Positions 19,549 through 30,650 of a DNA stretch of 64,000 nucleotides are shown piece by piece. Position numbers and translations under genes: made by a program. The notes below the pieces were generated by a model. That model saw nothing but the letters and a program-made list of their open reading frames with translations, had not been told where the DNA came from and made no database searches. The first letter of the stretch is position 1; every line of letters begins with the position of its first letter. The stretch is from a bacterium (lineage in GTDB: Bacteria; UBA8248): positions 240,601 to 304,600 of the forward strand of contig OZ244713.1 of the NCBI GenBank assembly GCA_965218885.1. The letters are read 5' to 3'.

Positions 19549-20160
19549 TCAGTTGTGGCCGGGGATGCCCTTGTAGGCATGCTCGCCCCAGACTCGCTTG
19601 ACCGTTTTGTCGCGGCCGCAACCCCAGCGGTAGAACCGGTAGCGGGACGGGTTCTTTTTATAATAGTCCTGGTGATAACCCTCCGCGGCATAGAAGGGCG
19701 CCGCGGCGATGATCGGGGTGACGACCGGTTTGGCGAGCAATTTTTGCGCCGACTTCTTGGAGGCCTCGGCAGCGCTGCGCTGCTTCTCGTTCATGACGAA
19801 CACGGCTGTTTTGTAGGAATGGCCGCGGTCGCAGAACTGGCCGCCGTCATCGGTCGGGTCGACCGAGCGCCAGTAAGCGGTGAGCAGCGCCCCGTAGCCG
19901 ACCTTTGCCGGATCGTAGGTGATCTCGACTGCCTCGTAGTGCCCCGTGTCGCCGTAGGTGACTTTCTCGTAGGTCGGGTTTTTGGTCTTGCCGCCGGTAT
20001 AGCCGGAGATCGTCGCGACTACGCCCGGCACCTTGTCGAAATCCGACTCGACGCACCAGAAGCAGCCGCCGGCGAAGATCGCCTTTTCGAGTTGCTGCGC
20101 GCTTGCGGTGTGAGCGCAGAGTGAAAGCACCGCGACAACCGTCAGCATGGTCCATTTCAT
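19549..20160 (-). CDS. msrA: Peptide methionine sulfoxide reductase MsrA, secreted
   Basis: The active-site motif GGCFWCVE is present. The N-terminal signal peptide is [21 protein letters not shown]. Confidence 0.85.
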   Translation of the reverse strand: MKWTMLTVVAVLSLCAHTASAQQLEKAIFAGGCFWCVESDFDKVPGVVATISGYTGGKTKNPTYEKVTYGDTGHYEAVEITYDPAKVGYGALLTAYWRSVDPTDDGGQFCDRGHSYKTAVFVMNEKQRSAAEASKKSAQKLLAKPVVTPIIAAAPFYAAEGYHQDYYKKNPSRYRFYRWGCGRDKTVKRVWGEHAYKGIPGHN

Positions 20161-20875
20161 GATTCGTCTCCATTGTTGTAGCTCGGCGGCCTAACAGGTG
20201 AGGCCGGCGTAGCGATGAGCTACGCGCCAACTATAATCGCGAAATTATTACACCAAAACCCTCTGAAGGCGACTCTCGGAGCGGGTTTTCACCGGATTCG
20301 ATGCGCGTGGGGCGTGAAAAAAGGAGCCGCCGAAGCATAACCGTAAGCAAGCTGCTCTGGGCCGGACTTTGGAGGAGCCGCTGCACAATGCTCCGACAGG
20401 AATGCTCCAAGATGCGGGGGGGGGTTAATGTATCCGCTTTCGTTTTGGTTATATCCTACAAAATGCGGATTCCGAGCCTGTCGAAGGGGAGGAACCTGCC
20501 AGCAGAGGCACCGGGACGTATCCTGAGATCGCTTGGCTCGCGGCCCCGTCGAGGAACTCCGAACCCTCACCGGAGCGGACTTGTCCGCGTGACGCTGGCC
20601 GCTTACGCAACAACATGAGAAAATCCGTCCTCTGCGGGTTCCTCGAAGTCGCCGGGAGGCGCCGACGCAGATTGGCTTCGGAACCAGGGGCGAGAGCGCC
20701 CATGTCATGAAGGATGAGACAGGTCGACGACTTGGCCCCTAACCTTGGCGGACACCGGTTCGGTAGAGGTTTTCGACCCCGATGATTCACGAGGCGCCAA
20801 CCGGTCCGGACGGTTGCCGGAGCCCGTGCCGCGAACCGGCGGGCGGAAGTTCCGCATGGGCGCACAGGGAGCGTT

Positions 20876-23800
20876 ATGATTAGCCAGCCGCAAACCAATT
20901 TCCGCCGAATACTGGTCGCCAACCGGAGCGAAATCGCCATCCGTGTGCTGCGCGCCGCGGTCGAGCTCGGCATCACGACGATCGCGATCTACTCACAGGA
21001 GGACCGCTTCGCGCTGCACCGCTACAAGGCCGACGAGGCCTATCCGTTGGGCCGGGGAATGGGCCCGATCGAGGCCTATCTCAGCATCGACGAGGTGATT
21101 CGCGTTGCGCGCGAGAACGCCGCCGACGCGATCCACCCGGGCTATGGCTTCCTGTCCGAGAACCCGGACTTCGCCGAGGCTTGCGCGAATGCGGGGATCG
21201 CCTTCGTCGGCCCGCGGCCCGAGATCATGCGCGCACTCGGCAACAAGGTGGCGGCGCGGGAGATTGCGCAATCGGCCGGCGTTCCGGTGGTTCCGGCGAC
21301 CGGCCCGCTCCCCCGCGACCCGGAGGAGGCCGCGCGTCTCGCCCGGGAGGTCGGTTTTCCCGTCATGCTCAAGGCGAGCTGGGGCGGCGGCGGGCGCGGC
21401 ATGCGCACGATCAAGAGCGAGGCCGATCTCGCCGATGGGGTCGAGGCCGCACGGCGCGAGTGCCTGGCGGCGTTCGGCAACGACGAGGTCTATCTCGAAA
21501 AACTGATTCGCCGCGCGCGCCATGTCGAGGTCCAGATACTCGGTGATAATCACGGCAACCTGGTGCATCTCCACGAGAGGGACTGCTCGGTGCAGCGGCG
21601 CAACCAGAAGATTGTCGAGCGCGCGCCGGCGCATTATCTCGACCCGGCGACCCGCGCGGCGATCCACGAGAGCGCGCTGAAGATCGGCCGCGCGGTGGGC
21701 TACAACAATGCCGGCACCGTCGAGTTCCTACTCGACGACGACACCGGCGCGTTCCACTTCATCGAGGTCAATCCGCGCATCCAGGTCGAGCACACGGTCA
21801 CCGAGATGGTGACCGGCGTCGACCTGGTGAAGGCGCAGATCCGCATCGCCGACGGGGCCGTGATCGGTAAGCCTGAGAGCGGAATCCCGAGCCAGGGCGA
21901 CATTCGGGTGAATGGCCACGCCATGCAATGCCGGGTGACCACCGAGGACCCGGAGAACAACTTTATTCCGGATTACGGCGTGCTCACCGCCTATCGCGGC
22001 GCCACCGGGTTCGGCGTACGCCTCGACGGCGGCACCGCCTATTCGGGCGCCCGGATCACGCCGTTCTACGACTCGCTGCTGGAGAAGGTGACGGCCTGGG
22101 CGCCGACGCTGGATGAGGCGATCCGGCGGATGGACCGGGCGCTCCGCGAATTCCGCATCCGCGGCGTCGCCACCAACCTCGCCTTTCTCGAGAACGTTAT
22201 CGGCCATCCGCAGTTCTTGGAAGGCGCCTGCACGACGCGCTTCGTCGACGAGACGCCGGAGCTGTTCAGCTTCGCCTACAGGCGGGACCGCGCGACCCGG
22301 CTGCTGCGCTATGTGGCGGACGTGATCGTCAACGGCAACGGCGCCGTCGAAGGCCGGCCCGAACCGCCGACGCGCCAGACTCCGAGCGTGCCGGAGGTCC
22401 TCGGCGTCGACATACCGGACGGTTCGCGCCAGATGCTCGATGACCTCGGTCCTGAGGGTTTCGCCCGGTGGATGCGCGAGCAGGAGCGGGTGCTGATGAC
22501 CGACACGACGTTCCGGGACGCGCATCAGTCGCTGCTGGCGACGCGGGTCCGGAGTTACGACCTTCTCGCCATCGCGCCGGCCTATGCGCGGCTCCTGCCC
22601 CAGCTTCTCTCGGTCGAATGCTGGGGCGGCGCGACCTTCGACGTGGCGATGCGCTTTCTCGGCGAATGTCCCTGGGCGTGGCTCGAACGGCTGCGCGCCG
22701 CGATGCCCAACCTCCTGACCCAGATGCTGCTGCGCGCGTCGAACGGCGTCGGCTACACCACCTATCCCGACAATGTGGTGCGCTATTTCGTGCGCCAATC
22801 GGCCGAGCACGGGGTCGACCTGTTCCGCATCTTCGATTCGCTCAACTGGGTCGAGAACATGCGCCCGGCGATGGACGCGGTGCTGGAGACCGGCAAGCTC
22901 TGCGAGGCGGCGATCTGCTACACCGGCGACATCACCGACCCCAACCGCACCAAGTACGACCTCGGGTACTATGTCGCGCTCGGCCGGGAGCTCGAGGCCG
23001 CGGGCGCCCATATCCTGGGCCTCAAGGACATGGCGGGTCTATGCAAGCCGGCGGCGGCCCGGATCCTCGTCGAGACTCTCAAGGGTGAGATCGGCATCCC
23101 CATCCACTTCCACACCCACGACACCAGCGGGATTTCCGCGGCAAGCGTGCTCGCCGCGGTGGAGGCCGGGGTCGACGCCGTCGATGCGGCGATGGATTCG
23201 ATGAGCGGGCTCACATCGCAGCCGAGCTTCGGCTCGATCACCGCGGCTTTGCGCCACTCCGCGCGCGACCCCGGAATCGACCCCGATACGGTGATGACGC
23301 TGTCCACCTATTGGGAGCAGGTGCGCAACCTCTATCGCGCCTTCGAGAGCGATTTCCGCGCCGGCACGTCGGATGTCTACAACCACGAAATTCCGGGCGG
23401 CCAGTACACCAATCTGCGCGAGCAGGCGCGGTCGCTGGGTATCGACAACCAGCGCTGGCCGGAGGTCTCGCGGACCTATGCCGAGGTCAACCGCATGTTC
23501 GGCGACATCGTGAAGGTCACCCCGTCCTCCAAGGTGGTCGGCGACATGGCGCTGATGATGGTGACGGGCGGACTGACGCCGGAAGACGTGGCCAGCCCCG
23601 AGCGCGAGATCGCCTTTCCGGAATCGGTGGTCTCGCTGTTCGCGGGCGAGCTGGGGCAGCCGCACGGCGGCTTCCCGCGCGCCCTGCAGGAGAAGATCCT
23701 CAAGGGGCGGGAGCCTATTACCGTGCGGCCCGGATCGGTGTTGTCCGACGCCGATCTCGAAGCCTGCCGCGAGGAAGCCGAAAGGTGCGCCCAGCGCCCG

Positions 23801-24340
23801 ATCAGCGATGTCGAGTTCGCGTCCTGGCTGATGTACCCGCAGGTTTTCACCGACTACGCCGCCGCGCGGCGCAAATACGGCGATGTCAGCGTGCTGCCGA
23901 CGCCGGTTTATTTCTACGGCATGGAACCGGGCGAGGAGGTCGCCGTCGACATCGCGCGCGGGCGCACCCTGTTCATCCGCTATGTCGCGCGCAGCGAGAC
24001 CGACCGGAAGGGCGAATGCACGGTCTTCTTCGAGTTGAACGGGCAGCCCCGGACGGTGCGCGTCGCCGACCGCAGCGCCGCCGCCGCGGACATGGCGCTG
24101 CCCAAGGCCGAGGAAGGCAACCCCGGCCACCTCGGCGCGCCGATGCCGGGGATGGTGGTCAAGGTGTTCTTCAATGAGGGCGAGGCGGTCGAGGAAGGCG
24201 ACGTGTTGGTGGCGATCGAGGCGATGAAGATGGAAACCGTGATCCGCGCCGAGCGGAGCGGCGTCGTCCAGGAGGTCGTTGCGCCGGCCGGCACCACGGT
24301 CGACGCCAAGGATCTGCTGGTCGTCGTCGGCGACGCCTAG
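20876..24340 (+). CDS. pyc: Pyruvate carboxylase, single-chain (biotin carboxylase + carboxyltransferase + biotinyl domains)
   Basis: The 1154-aa protein opens with the biotin-carboxylase N-terminus ILVANRSEIAIRV. The carboxyltransferase middle region includes FDSLNWVENM. The C-terminus carries the biotinylation motif EAMKMET. Confidence 0.9.
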   Translation: MISQPQTNFRRILVANRSEIAIRVLRAAVELGITTIAIYSQEDRFALHRYKADEAYPLGRGMGPIEAYLSIDEVIRVARENAADAIHPGYGFLSENPDFAEACANAGIAFVGPRPEIMRALGNKVAAREIAQSAGVPVVPATGPLPRDPEEAARLAREVGFPVMLKASWGGGGRGMRTIKSEADLADGVEAARRECLAAFGNDEVYLEKLIRRARHVEVQILGDNHGNLVHLHERDCSVQRRNQKIVERAPAHYLDPATRAAIHESALKIGRAVGYNNAGTVEFLLDDDTGAFHFIEVNPRIQVEHTVTEMVTGVDLVKAQIRIADGAVIGKPESGIPSQGDIRVNGHAMQCRVTTEDPENNFIPDYGVLTAYRGATGFGVRLDGGTAYSGARITPFYDSLLEKVTAWAPTLDEAIRRMDRALREFRIRGVATNLAFLENVIGHPQFLEGACTTRFVDETPELFSFAYRRDRATRLLRYVADVIVNGNGAVEGRPEPPTRQTPSVPEVLGVDIPDGSRQMLDDLGPEGFARWMREQERVLMTDTTFRDAHQSLLATRVRSYDLLAIAPAYARLLPQLLSVECWGGATFDVAMRFLGECPWAWLERLRAAMPNLLTQMLLRASNGVGYTTYPDNVVRYFVRQSAEHGVDLFRIFDSLNWVENMRPAMDAVLETGKLCEAAICYTGDITDPNRTKYDLGYYVALGRELEAAGAHILGLKDMAGLCKPAAARILVETLKGEIGIPIHFHTHDTSGISAASVLAAVEAGVDAVDAAMDSMSGLTSQPSFGSITAALRHSARDPGIDPDTVMTLSTYWEQVRNLYRAFESDFRAGTSDVYNHEIPGGQYTNLREQARSLGIDNQRWPEVSRTYAEVNRMFGDIVKVTPSSKVVGDMALMMVTGGLTPEDVASPEREIAFPESVVSLFAGELGQPHGGFPRALQEKILKGREPITVRPGSVLSDADLEACREEAERCAQRPISDVEFASWLMYPQVFTDYAAARRKYGDVSVLPTPVYFYGMEPGEEVAVDIARGRTLFIRYVARSETDRKGECTVFFELNGQPRTVRVADRSAAAADMALPKAEEGNPGHLGAPMPGMVVKVFFNEGEAVEEGDVLVAIEAMKMETVIRAERSGVVQEVVAPAGTTVDAKDLLVVVGDA

Positions 24341-24808
24341 CCCGCCGGACCGGACGGCAGTAAACCGGGGGACGAGTAATGCGCCCCGCGAGCTTCAGCC
24401 AAAGGGGTTCCGAACGCATCGGCGCCCGGCCTTCCTTGAATCTTCTCCAGAGACATCCGAATCGACCCCCGGCCCGAGCGATTTTTTGAGACCACCCCCA
24501 TCGAGACGAAGGCGCACAATCCCTCCCTCCTCGGTCGGGATTGACCCCGCATTTTCGGCGGCGGGAGTGGAGGAGTGCGCGTGTATGATGGCGGAGCGGC
24601 CCGGTTCGTCCGGGCCGAGGGAATTTCTGAAAAATACGATAAATTATTTTTATAAACCCGGTGATCGTCCAATAGTGCGACTGACCGCGTATGTCCATGA
24701 TAACTGATTGTTTATAATAATATATTTCCGTTATCTCCCTCCAAGATGCCCCTTGCATTTTCGTCATACATATGCTTGGATACCCTCCTGTTTGATGCCG
24801 CACGTATG

Positions 24809-24825
24809 CGTTTTGATTACATATT
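24809..24825. repeat. 17-bp direct repeat, left copy (candidate attL), immediately upstream of integrase 1
   Basis: cgttttgattacatatt at 24809-24825 matches 49214-49230 exactly. Partial similarity continues for about 9 nt beyond. It is AT-rich in a GC-rich genome. Confidence 0.45.
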
Positions 24826-24837
24826 TGAGGAGGGAAG

Positions 24838-26013
24838 ATGCCGAGGAGAAGCGAACTCAAGCTCACCAAGCGCACCGTAGACGCGCTCGAGGTCGAGGAG
24901 AAGGACGCCCTCTTCTGGGACCGGGAGCTGGCGGGCTTCGGTGTGCGCGTTCACGCCACGGGCAGGAAGGCCTACGTGGTGCAGTCCCGGGGACCCGGGG
25001 GTCCCAAACGCGTGACGCTCGGCCGTCACGGGGAATTGTCCGTCGATGAAGCGAGGAAACAGGCCGCCCTCATTATCGACCGCATAAAGCGCGGCGAGGA
25101 GCCGCTAGCTCAACCGTCCGGGGCGGAACCCACCGTGGCGGGATTCGCCGAGCGCTTCATGCGCACCCACGTGCAGAAACACTTGAAGCCTGGCACCGTC
25201 GCGGCGTACCGCACCGTGCTCGACAAATACATCCTGCCGGCCCTGGGCGGGATGGGACTGGAAGAAGTCGGCGGGGCGGAAGTCACGGAACTTCATCACC
25301 GGCTAAGGGACACGCCCACCCGGGCCAACGCGGCGGTCCATCTGCTGTCGCGGATGTACACCTTGGCCGAGGTGTGGGAGTTGGTCCCGCCCGGGCGCAA
25401 TCCCTGCCTCTCGGTGCGCCGCTACAGGACGCGGGCGCGCGAGCGGTTCCTGACGCCGGAAGAATACCGGCGCCTGGGCCGTGCGCTTAAGCAAGCGGAG
25501 ACGGAGGGCGCGATATGGCCGCCCGCCCTCGCGGCTATCCGGCTGCTCGTCCTGACCGGATGCCGCAGGGGCGAGATACTGAGTCTCGGGTGGGACGACG
25601 TGGACCGCACTGCGGGGGACTTGAGGCTCAGGGACGCCAAGGCGGGTCCCCGCATGGTCCCCCTGACAAAGCCGGTGCTTCGCGTGCTGGAAGGCATCAC
25701 ACGCTCCTCGGGAAACCCCTGGGTGATAGTGGGACAAAGACCGGGAAAGCGCCTGACGGGCCTGCACCACTACTGGCGGCCCGTCCGGGAGCGGGCGGGG
25801 CTTCATGACGTGCGCATTCATGACCTCAGACACTCCTACGCGTCGAGGGCGCTGGCGCTGGGCGAGAGCCTCTACACGATAGGCAAGCTGCTGGGCCACG
25901 CGAGCGTGGCGACGAGCGCGCGCTATGCGCACCTGATGCGCGAGGCCGAGAGGGAGGCGGCGGTACGGGTGGGCGGGAGCATCGGCGCCCACATCAAGAG
26001 CCGGGGGAGGTAG
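24838..26013 (+). CDS. Tyrosine-type site-specific integrase (P4-like, N-terminal Arm/DUF4102-type domain)
   Basis: The N-terminus has LTKRTVDAL...FWDRELAGFGVRV. The catalytic region has HDLRHSYASRA...LLGHASVATSARYAHL, carrying the R..H.R..Y residues. Confidence 0.85.
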   Translation: MPRRSELKLTKRTVDALEVEEKDALFWDRELAGFGVRVHATGRKAYVVQSRGPGGPKRVTLGRHGELSVDEARKQAALIIDRIKRGEEPLAQPSGAEPTVAGFAERFMRTHVQKHLKPGTVAAYRTVLDKYILPALGGMGLEEVGGAEVTELHHRLRDTPTRANAAVHLLSRMYTLAEVWELVPPGRNPCLSVRRYRTRARERFLTPEEYRRLGRALKQAETEGAIWPPALAAIRLLVLTGCRRGEILSLGWDDVDRTAGDLRLRDAKAGPRMVPLTKPVLRVLEGITRSSGNPWVIVGQRPGKRLTGLHHYWRPVRERAGLHDVRIHDLRHSYASRALALGESLYTIGKLLGHASVATSARYAHLMREAEREAAVRVGGSIGAHIKSRGR

Positions 26014-26014
26014 A

Positions 26015-27190
26015 GTGCAGATGAAGAAGCCCACAATGAAAACACTGTCGAACCGCGCGGTCGCGAAACTGAAAGTGGAGAAAGACACGGTCTTCTGGGA
26101 TCGCGACCTCACCGGCTTCGGCGTGAGGGTCTATCCCACCAGGAGCAAGGTGTATATCGCGCAAGCGCGGGGACCGGAGGGTCCCAGGCGCGTGGCGGTG
26201 GGCCGTCACGGGGTGATCAACGCCGATGAGGCGAGAAAGCGCGCCGCCCACATCATCGCGCGTATCAAGGCGGGCGAGGAGGCGGTTCCCGAACCGATGA
26301 AGCCGGCGGGAGGCCCCACTGTGGCCGAATTATGCGCGCGCTACCTCTCCGAATACGTCTCCGTGCGGTGCAAGCCGGGCACCGCCGCGCTCTACCGCTC
26401 GGTAATCAACCGCCACGTCCTGCCCGCCTTCGGGAAAATTCCGCTGGCGCGGCTCTCTCGCGCGCAGGTGGCGGAATTCCACCAGGGCCTCTACGAGACG
26501 CCCGCTGTCGCGAACATGGCGCTCCGCACCCTCTCCTCGATGTACGAACTCGCACGGGAGTGGGAACTGGTAGCAGACGGATTATCAAATCCCTGCCGCT
26601 CCATTATGAAATACCCCGAGCGCAGGCGCGAGCGGTTCCTGACGGATTCCGAGTTCATCCGCCTGGGAGAGGCCCTCGACGAAATGGAGACCCGGGGCGG
26701 TGCGTCCGCGTCCGCGGTGGCGGCGATCCGGCTCCTGGCGCTTACCGGGTGCCGTAGGAGCGAGGTCCTCAGGCTGCGCAAGGAGGACGTGGCGCTCGAA
26801 GCGGGCGAGTTGAGGCTGCCCGATTCCAAGACGGGCGCGCGGGCCGTCCCGTTGCCGCCGCAGGCGGTCGAGCTTCTCGCGAGTCTCCTGCGCGCCCACG
26901 GTGGTCCCTGGGTCATCCCGGGGAGGAAGCCGGGGACGCACCTCGGGAACATCGACGAGGCCTGGCGGGCGATAAGGGAGCGCGCGGGCCTCGAGGGCGT
27001 GCGGCTGCACGATCTGCGCCACTCCTGGGCCTCGCGGGCCCTTGCGCTCGGCGAGTCGCTCCCCGTGATCGGGAAGCTCCTGGGCCACAGCAAGATGGAA
27101 ACGACGGCGCGCTACGCGCACCTCGCGCGCGATTCGGCGCAGGAGGCGGCCGAGCGGGTCGCGGCGAGCATCGCGGAGGACATGCCGTAG
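26015..27190 (+). CDS. Tyrosine-type site-specific integrase, paralogue in tandem
   Basis: Same architecture as the first integrase (FWDRDLTGFGVRV...HDLRHSWASRA...LLGHSKMETTARYAHL). It starts 2 nt after the stop of integrase 1. Confidence 0.85.
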   Translation: MQMKKPTMKTLSNRAVAKLKVEKDTVFWDRDLTGFGVRVYPTRSKVYIAQARGPEGPRRVAVGRHGVINADEARKRAAHIIARIKAGEEAVPEPMKPAGGPTVAELCARYLSEYVSVRCKPGTAALYRSVINRHVLPAFGKIPLARLSRAQVAEFHQGLYETPAVANMALRTLSSMYELAREWELVADGLSNPCRSIMKYPERRRERFLTDSEFIRLGEALDEMETRGGASASAVAAIRLLALTGCRRSEVLRLRKEDVALEAGELRLPDSKTGARAVPLPPQAVELLASLLRAHGGPWVIPGRKPGTHLGNIDEAWRAIRERAGLEGVRLHDLRHSWASRALALGESLPVIGKLLGHSKMETTARYAHLARDSAQEAAERVAASIAEDMP

Positions 27191-27333
27191 GAAGGAGCGT
27201 TCCCCCACCTTTTTCGGCCCCTCGGGTCGTGGGTGGTTTTCAAGTGGTTGCCCATGCCCGGGGCAGGTGGTAAACTTCATTCAATTCAATATGTTATACG
27301 AATTGTTCATCTGAGACACTTCAGCCGGACGAG

Positions 27334-27642
27334 GTGCGGAGGAGTCCTTTGAGGAAGATCGACATCATCAACCTCGTATCGGACGATACGGGCCTCAGCA
27401 AGGTCAAGGCCGAAGAAGCCGTCGATACAATCATCGAAACCGTCAAGGAATCCCTCGGGAGGGGCGAGTCCGTCACGTTGAGGCGCTTCGGCTCCTTCGA
27501 GGTGAGGAAGAAGAACGCTCGTGTGGGGCGCAACCCGAAGACGGGCCGGGAAGCGCCCATCAGCGCTCGCAAGGTCGTGAGGTTCAAGGCGGGACGACAC
27601 TTCAAGGATGCGGTGAACGGCGCCGGGGTGAAATTCCATTGA
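27334..27642 (+). CDS. HU/IHF-family DNA-binding protein
   Basis: The blocks RFGSFEVRKKNARVGRNPKTGREAPISARKVVRFKAG form the HU beta-arm signature. The true start is probably the TTG at 27349, which has GGAGGAG upstream. Confidence 0.8.
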   Translation: MRRSPLRKIDIINLVSDDTGLSKVKAEEAVDTIIETVKESLGRGESVTLRRFGSFEVRKKNARVGRNPKTGREAPISARKVVRFKAGRHFKDAVNGAGVKFH

Positions 27643-27695
27643 ACCGCCGGTTTCCGGCCGGCCTGTCGGGATGCAAGGGGCGCGTCAGCCGGAAT

Positions 27696-27762
27696 CGTCC
27701 ATGACCGGCTGCCGGAGGCGGCCGAGCGGGTCGCCGCGAGCATCGCCGCCGACATGCTGTAG
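27696..27762 (+). repeat. Duplicated integrase 3'-end fragment downstream of the HU gene
   Basis: ggaggcggccgagcgggtcgc at 27714-27734 equals 27142-27162 inside integrase 2. It translates to AERVAASIAADML followed by a stop, like the integrase C-termini. Confidence 0.6.
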
Positions 27763-27813
27763 GTCGCCGGGCGCAACTCCCGGGAAATCCGGTCGATGAT
27801 GAATGCGGTTTTC

Positions 27814-30650
27814 CTATAACTCCATCCCTCGATCCGATCGGGTCTTCTCCATCACCGGCGACCGCCCCTCGCCCGGATGCAGCGCTTCCTTCGACCTCTC
27901 CGCCCCGATGCTCTCCGCCTTGCCCGCACCTATCGCCTCGAGCGCCGCGATGCGCTCCCCCGTCGCGGCTTCCAGCCGCTCGCACAGGGCCTTCGCGTCG
28001 TCCGTCACGAGTTCCGCCCGGTCCCGGGCGCGGCTGATCTCGACGTAGAGCGTCTTCTGGTTGGTGAGGTCGGGGTGGTTCGCCTCCATCGCCGCGATGA
28101 CGGTGTCGACCGTCCGGCCCTGGAAGGCGTGGACGGTCGAGGCCCATGCGCGGTCGACGTGGCGAAGCTGCGGGTCGCCGGCGGTCATGCCGAGCGTGCG
28201 CCCGTCCTCGATGCCGAAGGTGACGCGGCCGTTCATGACGCGCGTCACCTCGGCGGCCTGGCTGTTGACCAGACCGCGGTCCTTGTCGTTCCGGGTCCAG
28301 CGGACCTTGTCGCCTATGCGCAGTTCCATCCGCTCGACCTTGTATACCTCGACACCGCCGCTTCTCGCCGCGATTCGGCCCGGCTCCCAGCGGACTTCCC
28401 CTCCATGTCTGCCTTCGAGGATGACCGCGCCGCCCTTGTGATCGACGCCCGCCACGCGCAGCTCGTCCCCCTTCTCGACGCCCAGGCGCTTGTAGGGGCG
28501 GTGGAAGGCGACGACGTCGCCGGGTGAATAGTTCGCGGCGAGCGATTTCTCGGGATTCGTATAGCCGCGCGAGACGAGGCGCTGCGTGAGGAATGCCGGG
28601 CCGCAGACGACGCCCTCCCGGACCAGGCGCTCGCGGACGATGGCGTTGATCTTCTCGCGAATCTTATGGCTCGGCGCCATGAGCCCCGCCCGCTCGCGCG
28701 CCTCGGGCGGGAGCGCCAGCCAGCGCGCGGCGGCTGCGCCCGCGAGGTTGTCGGGCTTCACTTCGGCCACGTTCGAACCGAGCTTATCGAAGGCGCGCCT
28801 GACGTCGCCTGAGAGAGTGGCCTCGACGGCCGCTTTCAGGTCCGGGTCGCGCTGGCGCATGATCTCGTCCATGGTCGCCGTCTTCATGCCCGCGGCCTGA
28901 AGCTGCGCGAAGGGTTTGCCGGCGTCGACGGCGTCGAGTTGTTTCGCATCGCCGACGAGCACGACCCGGGGAAGGCGCAGGACCTCCGAGATACGGAGCA
29001 GTTCGCGCACCTCGCGCGTGGAACGAGGGAGCCCTCGTCCACGACGAGAGCGGTCTTCGCGTAGCCCGCGCGCAAGTGTTTTTGGGCTTTCCTCTTCAGG
29101 CGGCCATCGGCGACGTCCGCGTTTCGCGTGAGGAAGCGCTGGAGCGTCTCGCTCTCGATGCCGGCCTCGGCTTCGAGTGTCCGCGCGGCCGAGGCCGAGG
29201 GGGCCAGGCCCCGGACCTCGTAGCCGCGTTTTTCGAAGAGGGCGCGGGCGCGGCTGAGCATCCTGGTCTTCCCGGTCCCGGCGTAGCCCTGCACGCCCAC
29301 CACGCGGTCCTTTTCCGAGAGGATCAGCTTGACCGCGTCCCTTTGGCCCTGCGTCAGCGGTCCCTTGCGCAGATGCGCGCTCACCATCCAGCCCCGCATG
29401 GCGGGCGCGCCTCGCCCCCTGCCTGCCTCCACGAGGGCGATGGTCTCGCGCTCTGCCGCCGCCGCCTTCTCCGTCGTGAGCATGTCCTTCACTCCGGGCA
29501 GGTCCGCCGCGTGCAGGACGCCCGTTTTTTCGAGTCTCGCCACCTCGCGCACAGCATTCGCCATCGACACCGCGCCGGGCCGCCAGGCGAGCGCGCCCGC
29601 GAGCAGAGCGGCGCGGTCGAAGACGGCCTTGCGCTCCGCGAGATGCGCCACGGCCCATTCCACGGCTTCCCTCGCGGGTTCGACGTCCGCCGCGCTCCGG
29701 CCGGCGTCGCGGGATAGGGCGCTCCTCTCTATCGCCTGTGCCTTGAGGGTCCCGGCGTCGAAGCCCAACTCCTTCGCCTGCTTCTCCCAGGAGGCCATGA
29801 GCATCGCCTTGTCGGCCTCCCGCTTGCGATCCCTCGTCATAAGCGCGACCCGCTGGGCTGCGCGCTGGTTCTCCGCCGTCGCACCCAGACCCCGCTCGGC
29901 CATCGCGGCCTCGATCTCCGCCCGCCGGGTCGAGAACGCCTCGATCACTTCTCTGGGGACGCCCGCGACCTCGAAGCGCCCGTCCGCGTGGGTCTTCTCC
30001 ACCCGGTAGCCGAACCCTTCGAGGCCCCGGGCGAGTTCGGTCCGGTAGAGGGCGCCGATCAGCATCTTCTGGGCGTAGAGCTTCTCGTTGGACATCGTGC
30101 GCCACTTGCCGTCCGTCCCCCGGACCATGTTGGCGATAACCGCGTGCGTGTGGAGCAGGGGGTCGAGGTTGCGCGACGTATCGTGCCGGAAGGTCGCGAT
30201 GACGCTCTTCTGGTCTCCCGCCCGGACCATCCGTCCGGTCCCGGGCTCGCTCATCCTGGTCTCGGCGACGTTTCGCTCGACCCAGGCCAGGGTGCGCGCC
30301 ACGGCCACTTCGTGTGCCCAGATCGCGCGCCCGTCGCCACCGAGGTAGGCCAGCAGTGAGACGGACTTGGGCGCCGAGAGGGTGAGGTCTCGGCCGGGAC
30401 GGTGGTGGAACGACCCGTCCTTGCCCGGGCGCCCGAGCCTGCGCCCCGAACCGTCCGGCACTACGCCCTCTAGCACCGCGCGGAGGGTATCGGGGTCGAC
30501 CGGACCCGTGAGTCCCAGGTCCTCCGCGCCCCTGCCGCGCCAGGCGCTCGCATCCCGGTGGTTCGGGTCGTCCTTCGCGTAGTAGTCGTCGCGCTCGAAG
30601 TAGGAGACACACTGCGCCGGCGCGACGACGGCGCCGATGGATGCCACCAT
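27814..30650 (-). pseudogene. TrwC/TraI-type (MobF) conjugative relaxase-helicase, reading frame broken near 29025
   Basis: The N-terminus MVASIGAVVAPAQCVSYFERDDYYAKDD...HDTSRNLDPLLHTHAVIANM is the TrwC relaxase domain with its HxH motif, followed by a P-loop GYAGTGKT. The frame breaks after ALVVDEGSLV. The shifted frame then reads TREVRELLRISEVLRLPRVVLVGDAKQLDAVDAGKPF and continues to the helicase C-terminus. The break is at a short T/A run. ATG at 30650 is preceded by GAGGAG. Confidence 0.8.

Noticed and set aside
24598-24616. tRNA-like T-arm (ggcccgg ttcgt ccgggcc) near the left element boundary, as a possible tRNA integration target
   Set aside because: There is no acceptor stem, D-arm or anticodon arm context. 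It is better read as a simple hairpin about 250 nt downstream of pyc.
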